Assembly: GCA_035637675.1 (NCBI GenBank)
Contig: DASPWU010000186.1
Location: 3,840 to 67,839, forward strand
Length of the DNA stretch: 64,000 bases
Reading direction: 5' to 3'
Source of the DNA: Candidatus Limnocylindria bacterium
Lineage (GTDB): Bacteria; Chloroflexota; Limnocylindria; Limnocylindrales; CSP1-4
Every line of letters begins with the position of its first letter. Positions within the stretch are counted from its first letter, which is position 1. Made by a program: the position numbers and the translations under genes. The notes under the pieces are model-generated. The model was not told the DNA's origin. It did not search any database and was given only the letters and a program-made list of their open reading frames with translations. Below, one piece after another: positions 8,630-18,285 of this stretch.

Positions 8630-10768
8630 GTGCTGATCGGCGGCATCGCGCTCGGCCTGATCGCCGGTTTCCTGGCCCGAGGCTCGTTCGCCAACCTCGT
8701 CGAGAACACGCGGCGGCTACGCTGGCTGGCGGTCCTCATCTTCGGCGCGATCGTCCGCTTCGGGACTGAGATCGCGCTCAACGCCGGCGTGCCGGCCGCA
8801 GACGCGCTCCGGCTGCCGCTGTTCGGGATTGCCTTCGGCCTCCTCCTGCTGGGCTGTTGGGCGAACCGTCGCGAACCCGGCTTCAGCCTGGCCTTCGTGG
8901 GCATCGCCTCCAACCTGGTTCCGGTAATCGTCAACGGCGGGTTCATGCCCATCTGGACGCCGAGCCTCCTGGCGGCAGGCTTCACACCGGCCGACGTCAC
9001 ATCGCATTTCCACACGCTTCTGCCGGCCGGCCTGAATGCCGACTTCCTTCTCCGGGCGGGCCCTCTCGGCGACGTCATTCCGATCCCTCTCCCGCTCATC
9101 CAGAATGTCGCGTCGATCGGCGACGTGTTCCTCGCCGGCGGCCTGGCCTTCTTCGGCTTCGCGAGCGTGGTTGGGGGTCGTGCCGAGCGAGACCAGTGGT
9201 CTGACGAGCTGACCGCCGCCGAAGCGGAGTCAGCATCTCCCGCCGGGGAGCCCGCGCCGACGGCCGGCTCGGGCCCCTCCCTCGTGGGACTGGCCGGAAC
9301 GGCCCGCCTGCCACGGACGGTGGACGCGGCCATCCGCGGAATCGGGGTACGAGCAGAGACGGGCCTCGCGCCCGGCCTGGCCGAGGCGTCCGTGCTCCAG
9401 CGGCCGCTGGTCCTGGGCAGCGGCGGAGCAGGCCTGGCCTCGCCCGCACTGGCGCCGCTGCCCGGTGAATTCGATGCGCTGGAGGCCGGCGGCCAGGCTC
9501 GGGCCTCGGCGGCCGCGATCGCCCGCCGGGCGGCGCCGCGGCGTCACCATCCCTACATCCGCCTCGCCCTCAACGGATCGTTCTCGGCCCTCTGGGTGGG
9601 CCAGCTGATCAGCCTATTCGGCGATCGCATTCACCAGATGGCGCTTGCCTTCCTGGTTCTTGGCGCCACGAACAACTCCCCGGTGGCCGTAGCTCTCGTC
9701 TTCCTGGCCGCCACGCTGCCAAACCTCGTCCTGGGTCCGGTGGCCGGGACCTTCGTGGACCGCTGGAGCCACAAGGACGTCATGGTCGTCAGCGACCTGC
9801 TCCGGGCGGCGGTCGTCCTCCTCATCCCGGTCGCGGCGGAGGTGAACCTCGTCCTCGTCTATCCGCTGGTCTTCCTCGTCACGACGATCTCGCTCTTCTT
9901 CCGGCCGGCCCGCACCGCGATCATCCCCCGGATCGTCGCCCGCGACGAGCTTCTGACCGCGAACTCGGCCACCTGGTTGAGCGACACGCTGGCCGACATC
10001 GCCGGCTATCCCCTGGCCGCGCTATTCGTGGCGTTCCTGGGCGCGGCGCTGCCGCTCGCATTCTGGGTGGACTCCGGGACGTACGTTGCGTCCGCTGTCC
10101 TGATCGCGTCGATGGCCGTGCCGCCGATGCTGCGGCGCCGCACGTCCGCTCCTGCCCCGGACTTCATCCGCGAGCTTCGTGAAGGCTGGCACTTCCTGCG
10201 ACGGGAGACCGTGCTTCTGGCCAACACACTGCAGAGTGCGGTCGCCCAATTCACGGTCGGCGTGCTCCTGGCGCTCACCCCGATCTACGCTTCCGAGGTC
10301 ATCCAGCGAGGCACGGTTGGCCGGGAAGCCGCCTACGGCCTCCTGGAGGCGGGCATCGGCGTGGGCAACCTCGTCGGCGGAGTGGCCATCGGGCTGGTCG
10401 GTGCGCGCCTGGCCAAGGGCCGCCTGATCATCGCCGGCTATACGGTCTGGGGGATCTGCACGACCGCGCTGGCAATCGCCGGCCAGCTGCCCCTGGCGAT
10501 CGGTCTCATGATCGGTTCGGGCATCGCCAACATGGTCTACATCATCCCCAGCCAGACGCTCTTTCAGGAGCGGACGCCCCCCGAGCTCATCGGCCGCGTC
10601 GTGGGCTTCCGGTTCTCGCTGGTGTTCGGGTCCATGACCCTGGCCATGGCCGTCGCGGGCCTGCTGGCCGCCGCGATCGGCACGGCCCCTGTCATCGGCA
10701 TCTTCGGCGTCATCACCACGCTGGCCGGCCTTGCCGGCCTGCTCATCCCGGCCGTCCGGGACGCCTGA
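8630..10768 (+). CDS. Fusion: DUF5317-like membrane domain, A/G/P-rich linker, 12-TM MFS transporter (DHA3/EntS-like)
   Basis: The N-terminal 190 aa is a 5-6-TM module. Then comes about 110 aa of low-complexity linker. The MFS signature follows: RLALNGSFSALWVGQLISLFGDRIHQMAL ... GPVAGTFVDRWSHKDVMVVSDL. GTG start lies 4 nt after the HD-GYP stop. Confidence 0.7.
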   Translation: MLIGGIALGLIAGFLARGSFANLVENTRRLRWLAVLIFGAIVRFGTEIALNAGVPAADALRLPLFGIAFGLLLLGCWANRREPGFSLAFVGIASNLVPVIVNGGFMPIWTPSLLAAGFTPADVTSHFHTLLPAGLNADFLLRAGPLGDVIPIPLPLIQNVASIGDVFLAGGLAFFGFASVVGGRAERDQWSDELTAAEAESASPAGEPAPTAGSGPSLVGLAGTARLPRTVDAAIRGIGVRAETGLAPGLAEASVLQRPLVLGSGGAGLASPALAPLPGEFDALEAGGQARASAAAIARRAAPRRHHPYIRLALNGSFSALWVGQLISLFGDRIHQMALAFLVLGATNNSPVAVALVFLAATLPNLVLGPVAGTFVDRWSHKDVMVVSDLLRAAVVLLIPVAAEVNLVLVYPLVFLVTTISLFFRPARTAIIPRIVARDELLTANSATWLSDTLADIAGYPLAALFVAFLGAALPLAFWVDSGTYVASAVLIASMAVPPMLRRRTSAPAPDFIRELREGWHFLRRETVLLANTLQSAVAQFTVGVLLALTPIYASEVIQRGTVGREAAYGLLEAGIGVGNLVGGVAIGLVGARLAKGRLIIAGYTVWGICTTALAIAGQLPLAIGLMIGSGIANMVYIIPSQTLFQERTPPELIGRVVGFRFSLVFGSMTLAMAVAGLLAAAIGTAPVIGIFGVITTLAGLAGLLIPAVRDA

Positions 10769-10921
10769 TCCGAGACCATCCCACGGGTCCGACGGGCCTT
10801 GGGTACACTGGCGGCCGCGCGGGGAGCTCCCGCCGCGGAGGCGCCGCTGGTGGGCCGCTGCTGCGAGCGACGATACGACCCGCGGCGATCCAGCTTGACC
10901 CGGAGGAGAGACGGCCACCCG

Positions 10922-11503
10922 ATGACCGACCGCGAGCGCGACGCGCCACGCACGGGCCCTGCCGACGACACGGACCGATTCCCGACCCCTCCGGCCAGCC
11001 CGGCGGACGCCGAGGCCGCCGAGGAGGAGGGCCTCGGCGATGGGGCCTTCCTCGATGATGGCTATGAGGAGGACGACGAGAATCTCGCCGAGGCGGAGAT
11101 CGGCGCGGGGGCGGACGAGGAGGTTGATGAGCCCACCGTCGCCACCGCCGGGGCGGTCTCGCGGCGGCTCCGGTTGGGCCAGCGGTTGGGTCGCGGCGAC
11201 GGCACCGCAGCCGGTGCCACCACGGTCACGCCGTCCGAGCGAGCCGTGCGCATCGACGATCGGGCGTCGCAGGTGTTCGTCGTCGGCGTCCTCGCAACCT
11301 TCCTCGGAATTCTCCTGTTCGGGATGCTGTGGGGCGCGGGTGGCTTCTTCACGACCGTGCCAGCCAGCCCGTCTCCGTCGCTTGTCGAGCCAGGCGAGAG
11401 CGCCTCGCCGAGCGCGAGCCTGGTGCCCTCGGCCTCACCGTCCGCCGCCGGCGTATCGAGCACGCCGAGCGCCTCGGCCCCGCCCTCTCCGTCTGGCTCC
11501 TGA
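10922..11503 (+). CDS. Hypothetical acidic low-complexity protein with one TM helix and S/P-rich C-terminal tail
   Basis: D/E-rich N-terminus, TM FVVGVLATFLGILLFGMLWGAGGFF, then SPS repeats. Start chosen at ATG 10922 (the ORF extends upstream to 10799). Confidence 0.45.
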   Translation: MTDRERDAPRTGPADDTDRFPTPPASPADAEAAEEEGLGDGAFLDDGYEEDDENLAEAEIGAGADEEVDEPTVATAGAVSRRLRLGQRLGRGDGTAAGATTVTPSERAVRIDDRASQVFVVGVLATFLGILLFGMLWGAGGFFTTVPASPSPSLVEPGESASPSASLVPSASPSAAGVSSTPSASAPPSPSGS

Positions 11504-11535
11504 GCGACCGCACCGATCGGTATACTCGCCGGGCC

Positions 11536-12624
11536 ATGGCCCATGTCTTCGTCGCGCCGCACCCCGACGATGTCGCGTTGTCGTGCGGCGGACTCATCGC
11601 CGGCCTTCGCGAGATCGGCCAGAACATCACGATCCTGACCGTGTACTCCGGCGCTACCCCGACGGGCGGCCTGTCGACCTACCAGCGTGAGGCACTGGGC
11701 TTTGGCACGAAGACGATCTGGCCGGTGACGGAGGCGTTCAACCGGTCCCACATCGCGGCGGACTATGCGCCTCATGCGGATCCTGTCGCGACCCTTCCGC
11801 CCTGGTCGGCGACCGCGGACCGGCTGGAGGCGACCCAGGCCGACGCGGATGCGGCGGCCAAGCGATTCTGGCAGCGCTCGTCGTGGTACCGGCGGGCGGA
11901 GATCCACAACGTTCCGCTCGGAGGGCAGCCGCTCATCGACGACGAGCCCAATCAGGGCGCGGTCATGACCGACGAATGGATGGACGCGGCCGGGGCCGGT
12001 GAGGCGATGGCGAGCCGGCGCCTGGAGGATGAGCGCTACGCGCTGTTCGCCGAGGCGTCGATCGTGTTTCTGGACCTGCCCGACGCGGTCTTCCGGGGCT
12101 ACGAGGGCGACGCCCAGCTGCTGGGCAGCCCTCGAGATGACGATCCGGCGCCGGTGGACATCCTGCGCCAGGAGATTGCTCGCCTCGAACCCCAGAAGGT
12201 GTACTTCCCGCTGGGTGTCGGCGGCCACGTGGATCACCAGTTGACCCGGGCGGCCGGCCTGGCGCTCCTGGGCGACGATCGACGATGGATCATGCCAGGG
12301 CCCGATTACGCCGGAGTGGTCACCTTCTACGAGGATTTCCCCTACGCCTGGTGGACCAGCTTCTCACGGCTGGAGGACCTGCCGCCCCAGGCCCTGGCGA
12401 ATCTGCCACCGGGCATCTCCCTGTGGCCCGAGTACGCTCCCATCGCCGATCAGATCGAGTACAAGGTGACGGGTGTCCGGCTGTACGCGAGCCAGCTGGA
12501 CCGGCTCTTCGGCGGCGTCCGGCCGATGGCCGACGCGGTCCGCCGGCAGGGCCGGCGGGTGGCCGAGCTGGGCGGGCTGACCGGCGGCTTCGCCGAGCGC
12601 TACTGGACGTCAGTCCGCGTCTGA
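11536..12624 (+). CDS. PIG-L/LmbE-family N-acetylglucosaminyl deacetylase with C-terminal extension
   Basis: MAHVFVAPHPDDVALSCGGLIAG..., the HPDDx zinc-binding signature of LmbE/MshB/PIG-L. A TATACT -10-like element lies 25 nt upstream. Confidence 0.75.
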   Translation: MAHVFVAPHPDDVALSCGGLIAGLREIGQNITILTVYSGATPTGGLSTYQREALGFGTKTIWPVTEAFNRSHIAADYAPHADPVATLPPWSATADRLEATQADADAAAKRFWQRSSWYRRAEIHNVPLGGQPLIDDEPNQGAVMTDEWMDAAGAGEAMASRRLEDERYALFAEASIVFLDLPDAVFRGYEGDAQLLGSPRDDDPAPVDILRQEIARLEPQKVYFPLGVGGHVDHQLTRAAGLALLGDDRRWIMPGPDYAGVVTFYEDFPYAWWTSFSRLEDLPPQALANLPPGISLWPEYAPIADQIEYKVTGVRLYASQLDRLFGGVRPMADAVRRQGRRVAELGGLTGGFAERYWTSVRV

Positions 12625-13451
12625 AGCCTGGCGGGCGGCCAGACGCGACCGTCGCGGAATCCGGGCCGGTTCTGGGGCGTCATGGCCACCAACATCGCCA
12701 GGCCATGGATCCAGAGGATCGGCAGGGCGAGCGTCGACCCCAGGGCGACCGTCCAGCGCCGGTTCGTGCGAGCGCCCCAGGCGACGATCAGCGCTCCGAC
12801 GGCGATACGCAGGAACGTCGAGACGTGGATCGCATTCGGGGCAGGTTCCGCGATCTCGTTCGACGTGAGCACGTGCCTGAGCCACGCCTGCCACAGGTCC
12901 GGCCGGGTAACGAGCGAAACGATGGTGATGCCCGCCGTGACCCCGACAGCGAGTGCCAGGTTGCGCCATTCGCGCCGGACGACGAACCAGACGAGACCGA
13001 CGCCACTGCTGATCTTGGTCAGGAGGACGACGCTCCACGCCCACGGGAACCGGAAGCCGAGCCAGATGGCCAGTGCCAGGAGCAGGTGGATGTTGCCGTG
13101 GTAGATCTCGATGGCGACCGGGGGGAAGGCGAGCCAGGCCAGGCCGTATCTGCCCCCGATGACGAGGAGCGCGGCAATCTGGACGACGAGGTAGACCCAG
13201 AACGCAGAGTCGAACGAGAACGGCTGGAGCGGAAGCGCCAGCCAGGCGGCCGGCGGGGTGTAGTGGAAGTGGCCGATGCCGTACGCGATGGCGTACGGGT
13301 TTCCGGGATCGACGTTCCAGTACGCGAAGAGGTCGAAGCCGTAGCCGCCGCCGACGAGGAGGTAGGCCAGGAGCGCAATGCCGGCAAACGCCAACCCGTC
13401 CAGGATCGGTCCTCGATAGCGCGACCAGGCGTAGGTGCCAAGCTCGGGCAT
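12600..13451 (-). CDS. DUF2029/GT87-like GT-C membrane glycosyltransferase (paralog of 38222..39130)
   Basis: Polytopic; FRFPWAWSVVLLTKISSGVGLVWFVVRREWRNLA closely matches FRWPAAWAFVLLSKVTPGIGLVWFAVRREWRALA in the paralog. Start taken at MPELGTYAW; the ORF extends to 13901. Confidence 0.65.
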   Translation of the reverse strand: MPELGTYAWSRYRGPILDGLAFAGIALLAYLLVGGGYGFDLFAYWNVDPGNPYAIAYGIGHFHYTPPAAWLALPLQPFSFDSAFWVYLVVQIAALLVIGGRYGLAWLAFPPVAIEIYHGNIHLLLALAIWLGFRFPWAWSVVLLTKISSGVGLVWFVVRREWRNLALAVGVTAGITIVSLVTRPDLWQAWLRHVLTSNEIAEPAPNAIHVSTFLRIAVGALIVAWGARTNRRWTVALGSTLALPILWIHGLAMLVAMTPQNRPGFRDGRVWPPARLQTRTDVQ

Positions 13452-13655
13452 CGAGCGGCCAGCGACTCTCGCCTCGGCGTTCAATGGCGTACATTCCCCT
13501 GGCAGTGTTGTGCGGGTGCAACGGTATCCCGTAGGTGGTCGCTCGCGCACCCCACCGATGGGCCGCCCCCCGACCAGTACCAGGGGATGTCGCCGCGCCG
13601 CGCCTACGCCGACGGTACTCTCAGGCCACAGCCCGAGCCTAACCTGCATCTCTAG

Positions 13656-14763
13656 AATGCCGGTCATGCCACCGAGTGTCGCGCCGGGCCCTGCCGCAGG
13701 GGTCGCTTCAGGAGCAACGCCGACGGTCCCGACCGGCCACTGGCGAACGCTGCCGGTCCTGCGCGTCTTCGGCGACTGGGGCCTGGATCTCAGCCTGCGG
13801 ATCGCCGCGACGGTCGCCCTCGTTCTGGCCGTGGCCTGGGTGGTAGGCAATGCCCGACCGTGGGCCACGGACCCGATGGTGTTCATCGCCGACACTTCCA
13901 ACTACTACGCAGCGGGCGAGCGCCTCAACGTCGGCCACTCGCTGTACGCATATGGCCCCGACGACCGGCACGTCCTGGCCCTGCTGTTCGGCCTGCCATC
14001 GCCGTATCTGTACCCGCCGCTGATGGGCGTGCTGTGGCGGCCGGTCGCGGCGCTCCTGCCGTTTGAGCCTGTCGTCATCGCCTTTTGGGCGGCTGGGATG
14101 GCCAGCCTCCTGGGGTTTCTGGTCTGGCTGCTATGGCGCGGTGGCCGGGCGACGGCGGCCGGATGCCTGATTCTGCTCGTGCCGCTCGCCATCACCGCGT
14201 GGTCGGGCAACGTGAGCACGTTCATCGCCATTGCGATCGTGGGCGCCTGGCTGCTCCTCCAGCGAGGTCATAACCGGGCCGCCGGGGCGATCATCGGCTT
14301 CACGACCGTGCTCAAGCTGTCGCCCGTCTTCCTGGGCTGGTGGCTGCTCGTGACGCGGCGCTGGAACGCACTCGCAGTGGGGATCGCTGTCGGGCTCGCG
14401 AGCCTGGCGGTGAGCGTGGCCGGCGCGGGCGTCGCGGCGCACGTGGAGTTTCTGCACGTCGGTGACGCCGCAGCCCGAGGAGGGGGCATCCAGGGCAGCA
14501 TCGTCGGGATTCTCTCGACCATCGGAACGCCGGCGGACGTGCTGCCACTCGTGGCACCGATCGTTTCGGTGGCCGGGCTCGTCTCGGTCTGGGCCCTTCG
14601 ACGTCACGAGCGGGCGGCCTGGGCGGTGGCGATCGCGACAGGCGTCTTCGCCTCTCCGATCTTCAACCTGACCAACGTGACGGTCCTCCTCGCGGCATTC
14701 GTGGCGTTCGACGGCCGCCTGACCGGCAGCGACGAGCCGTGTCCGGCACCGGCAGGCCCGTAA
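13656..14763 (+). CDS. DUF2029/GT87-like GT-C membrane glycosyltransferase
   Basis: Multi-TM; TVLKLSPVFLGWWLLVTRRW motif typical of DUF2029 (PimE-like). A conserved 19-nt motif lies about 40 nt upstream (see findings). Confidence 0.7.
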
Positions 14764-14774
14764 CGACTCCGATC

Positions 14775-16094
14775 ATGTCGAGCGCGGCGGAGATGCACGA
14801 ACCGCGCGAGACGCCGGGCGGCCGGGCCATCGGCCTCGCCGACCGCCTCGTACGCCACCGGGGGCTGATCCTCGTCGCCGCCGCGGGGATCGCCGTCCGA
14901 CTGGTCCTGCTACCCACGGTGGGCGTTCGCGACGATACGGACCTGTTCGCCGGCTGGGTCCACGGGCTGGCCGTGGGCCGGCTCGGTGAGGCCTACCGAC
15001 TGGAGCTCACGTTCCCACCCGTCATGGCATACATCCTGTGGCTGGTGAGCCTGATCCAGCCCGCCTTCCAGACGGCGACCAACGCCGCCGACGCGGCGGT
15101 TCGCATCGCCCTCAAGGCCCCGGCCAGCCTGGCGGACCTGGGCCTGGCCGCGGGCGTCTGGTGGTACCTGCGGACGAAGCCTGGCTGGGCGACGGTCGGG
15201 GCCGCCGCGATCCTGCTCCACCCGGCGGTCATCGACGTCAGTGCCTGGTGGGGCCAGTTCGAGTCGATCTACGTCTTCGCCGGCCTGGCTGCCTTCCTCC
15301 TGGCGGCTGCGGGCCGACCGCGCATGGCGGCCGTCGCCCTGGGGCTCGCGCTCATGACCAAGCCGCAGGCTCTGACGTTCGTCATTCCATTCGCCGCGTG
15401 GTACGTCGGCCGGCACGGCTGGCGAGAGACCGCCATCTGCGGCGCCATCGGCGTCGCCACGATCGCGGTCGTGTGGCTGCCGTTCCTTGCCGATGGCGGC
15501 GTGGGTCGGTACCTGAACACGCTCGAGCACCTCCAGAACGTCGACTTCAGCGTCCTGTCGCTCCGGGCGTGGAACCCGTGGTGGATCCTGCAGAGCGGAG
15601 CCGGGGGCGACTTCCTGAGCGATCGCGGCGCCCTCCTGGGCCCGCTCTCGCCGCGGACGATCGGGCTGGCCCTGTTCGGTCTCCTGGAGGCCGGCATCTT
15701 CGTCGCGGTCCTCCGACGACCGGATTCCCGGACTCTGGCGATCGGCCTGGCGGCGTCGGTGATGGCGGCGTTCATCACGCTGACGACCATGCACGAGCGC
15801 TACGCATACGGGGCGATCGTCTTCCTGGCGCTGCTCCTCCCCGAGCGCCGGCCCCGCTGGCTGTGGGCCGCGCTGTCGGTGGCCTTCACGGCGAACCTCC
15901 TTGCGGCGATCCCGCCACCTCCTCTCCTGGGCGTCATCCCGATCGGCGGTCCGGTCGGGCTCCTGGGGTCTGTGACGATGGTGGCCGTGGCGATCGGTTG
16001 CCTGACGTCGCTGGCCCAGGCGGTCCGGCGGCCAGCCGGTGACTCGTCCCTGGTCGTGACGCCGGCCCGCGTTGCCCGGCGCGGATCCGGGTGA
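14775..16094 (+). CDS. Polytopic membrane protein, probable GT-C glycosyltransferase
   Basis: About 11 TM helices with large loops. Follows a DUF2029 gene and precedes a translationally coupled membrane protein. No named motif recognised. Confidence 0.5.
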   Translation: MSSAAEMHEPRETPGGRAIGLADRLVRHRGLILVAAAGIAVRLVLLPTVGVRDDTDLFAGWVHGLAVGRLGEAYRLELTFPPVMAYILWLVSLIQPAFQTATNAADAAVRIALKAPASLADLGLAAGVWWYLRTKPGWATVGAAAILLHPAVIDVSAWWGQFESIYVFAGLAAFLLAAAGRPRMAAVALGLALMTKPQALTFVIPFAAWYVGRHGWRETAICGAIGVATIAVVWLPFLADGGVGRYLNTLEHLQNVDFSVLSLRAWNPWWILQSGAGGDFLSDRGALLGPLSPRTIGLALFGLLEAGIFVAVLRRPDSRTLAIGLAASVMAAFITLTTMHERYAYGAIVFLALLLPERRPRWLWAALSVAFTANLLAAIPPPPLLGVIPIGGPVGLLGSVTMVAVAIGCLTSLAQAVRRPAGDSSLVVTPARVARRGSG

Positions 16095-17461
16095 CGAACC
16101 CCGCCGTGCTTCGAAGCGTCCTCGACCGATACGCCGGCCGCATCTTCGCGCTGGTCGCGATCGGTGCCTGGGGGTTCCTCATCTGGATGGGACGCGGTCT
16201 CACCTTCTTCAGCGACGAATGGGCATTCATCGAAGGCCGCTCCCTGTTCGATCCCCCCACGTGGTTCGCGCCGCACAACGAGCACTGGTCCACGGTCCCG
16301 ATCGTCGTCTACCGGCTGCTCATGGAGGTGTTCGGGCTGCGGACCTACGTTCCCTACCTCGCGGTTCTCATCGGGCTTCACGTGCTGGCCGCCGCCGCCG
16401 TGTTTCTGCTGCTCCGGCGGTGGACCGGATCGCCGGCGGCGTTGGCTGGCGGAATCCTCGTGCTGTTCTTCGGGAGCGGCTTCGAAAACCTGTTCTGGGC
16501 GTTCCAGATCGCCTCCGTTGCGGCGGTTGCGGCGGGGCTCTGGACGGTCTGGCTCCTCCAGGAGCCGCCCACCGCCGCACGCGCCGGCGCCGTCGTGCTG
16601 CTCCTCGTCCTCAGCCTGGCGACGTCCGGGCTGGCCCTCATCTTTCTCGTCATCGTCACCCTGACGATGCTGCAGCGTCCGGCCTGGCGTCCCTACGCGC
16701 CCGGCCTGGTCGTGCCGGTGCTTGTCTATCTGGTGTGGTATCTCTGGATCGGTGGCACCGGAATCTCGGTGGTGCGGAATCCGTTCTCCCTGGATCAGCT
16801 GCTCCAGGCTCCGTGGTTCGTCGCGGAGGGGGTCGAGAATTCGATCGGCGCGTTGACTGGCCTCAGGCCCGTGTTCTCGGGGATCGTGTTCGTGGGCCTG
16901 GTGCTCGGGCTGCTGGAAGCGGTGGTCCGCGGACACCGCGTGCCCGTTCCGACGATCGCGCTGACCTTCGGGCTCATCCTGCAGTACGCGCTGATCGCGG
17001 TGGTCCGGGCGGGCGTCACCGTCGGTCAGTCGGGCTACACCCGGTACACCTATCTCGGCGGGATCCTGGCCCTGCTCGCCATCGCGGCGATGGCGGGGTC
17101 GATTCCGCTGCCGGCCGCGCCTGTGCGCAGGAGGGCCCTGTTCGTGGGCGCGACGCTGGTCCTGGAGGTCGCTCTCGTCTTCAACCTGCAGTTGCTCGTC
17201 GCCGGTCGTGACTTCTTCCTGGTCCGGGCCCAGTTCACCCGGGCACTCATCAGCGCCAGCCTGGCCGAGACGCCACCCGACGGGGTGGATCCGTCCCGTT
17301 CGCTGGTGATCGTTCCGTCACCCGAGTCGCTCCGCCGGATCGAAGCCGCCTATGGCCTGCCACTCACCGACAGCCTGGCCCTGGACGCGGTGCAGCCGGC
17401 GCCGGCCTGGATCGTGCACCTCGCCGATCTCCGCCTCCGGGGATTCGGGGTGGGGCCGTGA
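16091..17461 (+). CDS. Conserved polytopic membrane protein, unknown family (paralog of 23644..25032)
   Basis: Shares WMGRGLTFFSDEWAFIEGRSLFDPPTWFAPHNEHW...LRTYVPY...LVLFFGSGFENLFWAFQI with the paralog (about 60% identity). GTG start overlaps the upstream stop (GTGA). Confidence 0.7.
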   Translation: MTNPAVLRSVLDRYAGRIFALVAIGAWGFLIWMGRGLTFFSDEWAFIEGRSLFDPPTWFAPHNEHWSTVPIVVYRLLMEVFGLRTYVPYLAVLIGLHVLAAAAVFLLLRRWTGSPAALAGGILVLFFGSGFENLFWAFQIASVAAVAAGLWTVWLLQEPPTAARAGAVVLLLVLSLATSGLALIFLVIVTLTMLQRPAWRPYAPGLVVPVLVYLVWYLWIGGTGISVVRNPFSLDQLLQAPWFVAEGVENSIGALTGLRPVFSGIVFVGLVLGLLEAVVRGHRVPVPTIALTFGLILQYALIAVVRAGVTVGQSGYTRYTYLGGILALLAIAAMAGSIPLPAAPVRRRALFVGATLVLEVALVFNLQLLVAGRDFFLVRAQFTRALISASLAETPPDGVDPSRSLVIVPSPESLRRIEAAYGLPLTDSLALDAVQPAPAWIVHLADLRLRGFGVGP

Positions 17462-17508
17462 CCGGTCTGCGCGGTGATCGTCCCGGTACAGCGTCCGGTT
17501 CCCGCCCC

Positions 17509-18285
17509 TCAAGCCACCGGTGACCGGCGCCGGAAACGTTTACCCAGGCGTCGAAATCGGCCCCGGATCGCCACGGCGTACCAGCGCAGGTACTCCGGCA
17601 GCCACTTGCGAAGCCGGAAGTTGCTCTGCCCGGACGTCCGGTCGCGCCACGTCGTGGGGACCTCTGCCATCGGGCGGCCGGCGAGGGTCGCCTTGACCGT
17701 GAGCTCGAGGGCCAACTCGAATCCGGCCCGGCTCTCGATGGTCACGCTGTCCAGGAAGGCCCGGCGGTAGAGCCGGAAGTTGCTCGTCGCGTCGTGAACG
17801 GGCACGCCCGCGAACCAGTGCAGGCTGAGACCCGCCAGCCGGCTCATCAACGCCTTCAGGCGGGGTCCACCAACCTGCCGGCCGCCGCGCATATACCGGC
17901 TGCCTGCCACGACGTCCGCGCCGGCCCGGGCGAGGGCGACCATCCGCTCGACCACCTCGGGCTGGTCGGACCCGTCCGCCATCGTGACCAGCACATACTC
18001 GCCCCGCGCCGCCGCGAGCCCGGCGCGCAGCGCGTTCAGGACGCCCCGGCCGATATCGTTGCGCAGGCCGCGAACGGCGGGCAGCTCGACCGCGAGGCCG
18101 GCCAGGACGGGCACGGTCGTATCGCCCTCGAAGTCATACACGACGAGGGTCTCATGGGGGGTGGTGAGCGACGCCTCGAGCGCCCGAAGGACCGCGGCCA
18201 CCGCCTCCCCCTCGTTATAGACCGGCACGACGATGGACAGCTCGGGCAGCTTGGGCGTCGCCGGCGTGTTCGCCCGGGGGGTCAC
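17509..18285 (-). CDS. GT2 polyprenol-phosphate glycosyltransferase (Ppm1/GtrB-like)
   Basis: LSIVVPVYNEGEAV...VVYDFEGDTT...VTMADGSDQPE...DATSNFRLYRR. GTG start overlaps the methyltransferase stop (GTGA). The table ORF 17509..19239 is a readthrough into the next gene's region. Confidence 0.8.
   Translation of the reverse strand: MTPRANTPATPKLPELSIVVPVYNEGEAVAAVLRALEASLTTPHETLVVYDFEGDTTVPVLAGLAVELPAVRGLRNDIGRGVLNALRAGLAAARGEYVLVTMADGSDQPEVVERMVALARAGADVVAGSRYMRGGRQVGGPRLKALMSRLAGLSLHWFAGVPVHDATSNFRLYRRAFLDSVTIESRAGFELALELTVKATLAGRPMAEVPTTWRDRTSGQSNFRLRKWLPEYLRWYAVAIRGRFRRLGKRFRRRSPVA

Noticed and set aside
12285-13655. 456-aa plus-strand ORF
   Set aside because: Antisense to the DUF2029 gene 12600..13451. 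Its translation is an R/D/G/P-rich low-complexity string with no TM or domain signal.
15800-16936. 378-aa minus-strand ORF (also 14910..15794, 15038..16042)
   Set aside because: Antisense or alternative frame to the membrane protein genes 14775..16094 and 16091..17461. R/G/D/P-rich, with no recognisable fold.
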